This document shows positions 61,687 to 64,000 of a DNA stretch of 64,000 nt, in pieces. The stretch spans positions 34,596,001 to 34,660,000 of the forward strand of contig OX597829.1 in NCBI GenBank assembly GCA_951406725.2. Reading direction: 5' to 3'. The translations under genes and the position numbers were made by a program. The stretch comes from Octopus vulgaris. Lineage: Eukaryota. Numbering within the stretch: the stretch's first letter is position 1; each line of letters opens with the position of its first letter. A model generated the notes under the pieces. It was not told the DNA's origin, ran no database searches, and saw only the letters and a program-made list of their open reading frames with translations.

Positions 61687-62531
61687 CATAAGACAAGAGG
61701 TAGCACAGAAAAGTTTAAACATTTAAACACAAGCATTGTACAATCTGCCTTTCAATTCGAGGGAGATGATAATAGAACTCTGAGCATTTTCCAACCAGTT
61801 CTCACCTTAGCAACTGTACTTCCAGTGCAACCATTTCTCACTTTGATAATGGAAACTATTCACTAATCCAAGTGAGTCAGTAGGCTGTTTAAAAGAATCT
61901 ATTTCTGGCATGATCTTCCATTGTAGAAAGGATTATTTTGATTATTATTATTATGTTGATCATGATAGAAATTGCTATTTTGATTATAAAGAACCATGAT
62001 GTATATTTTTAAATCACCCACTCTCACTCCATCTCTCGTTTTTTCTTTTTCTCTTTCACTTTTCATCGACCTCACTTTTTGACTCGTATGTCCTATCCAT
62101 CCCTATTTCTGTTCATTCTCTCTGTTCCTTTGATTTGTCTAGAAACAATCTCCCGTGCAATAGCCATCAAGAGGTACCAATCCAAGAACACTCAGTTTCT
62201 GTCATTGATCAAGGACCAGGTTATTGATGTGAAGAGTAAAGGAGGTGGGCGCGTCCCCTACCTTTGGGGTGGTGAGGTATGTATATATATATATATTTGT
62301 ATGTGTGTATATGTGTACATAATAATTTTCATGGTCTTGAATCATTAATCTCTACGCATTTTTCTTTTCGTTGTTTTTGCATTGTCTCTCCTTTTTTCTC
62401 CCTCTTAATTCTTCCTGTAAAAAAGCATAAACTCAAAACTTTAAACACTTTTCAATTCTTCCTGAGTGTTAAACTTGTTGTTCCTATAGCTGTCTTTGTC
62501 TTTTGTTTCTATAAATTTGAACTGTACATTA

Positions 62532-62869
62532 AAAAGAGACCTCCTTCGGTCATGAATGACCATAGGATTGCACCTAGAAAGTTATCCTCCTAGACACAAG
62601 TCCGGGCAAGGTTGTTTATGGAAGACCAGCAGTCGCCCATGCATACCAGCCTCCCCTCTCCACGCCACCGATGTTATCCAAGGGAAAGACAAAGGTCGAT
62701 ACAGCTTGGCACCAGTGACGTCGCAACTCATTTCTACAGCTGAGTGAACTGGAGCAACGTGAAATAAAGTGCTTTGCTCAAGAACACAACACGCAGCCCG
62801 GTCCGGGATTCGAGCTCACAACCTCACGATCGTAAGCTCGACGCTCTAACCACTAAGCCATGCGCCTTC
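62532..62869 (-). mobile_element. tRNA-derived SINE (fourth family) with 11-bp TSD
   Basis: Head GAAGGCGCATGGCTTAGTGGTTAGAGCG...GAGCTCGAATCCC. TSD ACTGTACATTA at 62521-31 and 62870-80. Confidence 0.9.
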
Positions 62870-63115
62870 ACTGTACATTATATATACATATATACATATA
62901 CAAATACATATATATATATATGTATATATGTATATTGTAATTAATTTTTTACTGTAAAGAATATTTGTGTGTGTGTGTAGATATATATATATAATGATCA
63001 ATATGTATGAAAATCATATCTTTATTTTAGATCACACCTTAAAAATCCAACAATTGTTACAATTGCATTAACATACACATATATACATTCATATGTCTGT
63101 CTGTCTGTCTGTCTC

Positions 63116-63145
<30 letters not shown>

Positions 63146-63146
<1 letters not shown>

Positions 63147-63645
63147 CATCATCATCATCATCATCGTTTAACGTCCGTTTTCCGCGCTAGCACGGGTTGG
63201 ACGGTTCGACTGGGGTCTGGGAAGCCAGGGGCCGCTCCAGGCTCCAGTCTGATCTGGCAGAGTTTCTACGGCTGGATGCCCTTCCTAACGCCAACCACTC
63301 CGTGAGTGGAGTGGGTGCTTTTTACGTGCCACCTGCACAGGGGCCAGGGGGTCCGGCATCGGTCACGATCGGTTCGAGCTTTTTAACGTGCCCGCGGCAC
63401 GGGGGCAACAGGGATCCGGGGTACTTGGAATGGGTGGGGGTGGGGAAGGTTGGGGGGGGGGTAAGGAGGAACGATGGCAGGAAGGGTTGGTGCAGGCTCG
63501 TAAGAAATAAAAACGTAGGATAATTACGAGGCGGGGAGGGGACTGGAAGGAGATAGTCGGATTGAGGCAGTGTCAGATTCAAAACAGGAGGAAGCGTAAG
63601 ATCAGTGGGCGGTTGAAGAGCTGTGACGCTAGTAGCTTGTCTTTT
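63146..63645 (-). mobile_element. RTE 3' UTR joined to an unrelated G-rich segment
   Basis: (CAT)n tail and GGATGCCCTTCCTAACGCCAACCAC block to about 63400, then non-coding G-rich sequence up to the next microsatellite. Confidence 0.7.
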
Positions 63646-63672
63646 CACATATATGTATGTATATATGTATGT

Positions 63673-63880
63673 AGAGTTAATCCAAACATGAAAACACAAA
63701 GAGAAAACACAACAATGTGAGGACGTGGAACAAGTAAAGTGTTATTGGACGCACAGGAAAGAAAGAAGGAGGATTTAACGTTTTGAGCCGAGCTCTTCGT
63801 CAGAAACATAGGAAAAGGAAAGATCCAAGGAAGGGAAGATGGAGGAAAAAAATCGCCAACGATACACACGCAATCACACA
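63673..63880 (-). repeat. Penelope pLTR-like repeat with near-complete hammerhead core
   Basis: Minus strand GTTT-CTGACGA-AGAGC-TCG-GCTC-AAAACGTT-AAA (63774-63807); G12 is replaced by A. Confidence 0.65.
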
Positions 63881-63885
63881 CACAC

Positions 63886-64000
63886 ACATCACCAACAACA
63901 AAACTGAACACCTTTTTGATCTCCATGTGTCTAACACACGTGGACATGCCTACAAAGTCAGAAAACAATACAGCTCCCATGACTTTCGGAAACATTTTTT
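63886..64000 (+). mobile_element. CR1-type LINE 3' coding fragment, runs off window
   Basis: NTRGHAYKVRKQYSSHDFRKHFF resembles the CR1 TRGH..K...R..FF motif. Confidence 0.7.

Noticed and set aside
62790-62869. tRNA gene (also heads at 7075, 11270 and 39812)
   Set aside because: The tRNA-like heads continue into SINE bodies, some with TSDs, and lack a complete cloverleaf.

Overview
This is AT-rich eukaryotic (animal) genomic DNA, not prokaryotic. Its mix of tRNA-derived SINEs, RTE LINEs with (CAT)n tails, Helitrons and very long TA/TACA microsatellites resembles a cephalopod (octopus-type) genome; that assignment is an inference. Only one host coding exon is supportable: a signal-peptide plus 'LRLCADAECK' exon at 29238-29607 (+) that looks like exon 1 of TANGO1/MIA3. 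It is followed by an apparent intron of at least 34 kb. Almost everything else is transposon-derived: Tigger/pogo, two mariners, hAT, Helitrons, solo LTRs, Gypsy gag, Penelope-like elements, CR1-, Tx1- and R4-type LINE remnants, about ten RTE-clade copies and several SINE families. The most notable observation is a hammerhead ribozyme with a fully canonical core at 52406-52508 (-). It lies immediately upstream of, and on the same strand as, a nearly intact RTE LINE that has a single 1-bp frameshift and a PHD-type finger inside its ORF. Several degenerate hammerhead motifs, a head-to-head Helitron palindrome, ATAT-targeted solo LTRs and a CR1/RTE chimera are also present. Most long ORFs in the track are microsatellite artefacts. 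All family names were assigned by eye from remembered motifs, without database searches, and boundaries of degraded elements are approximate.
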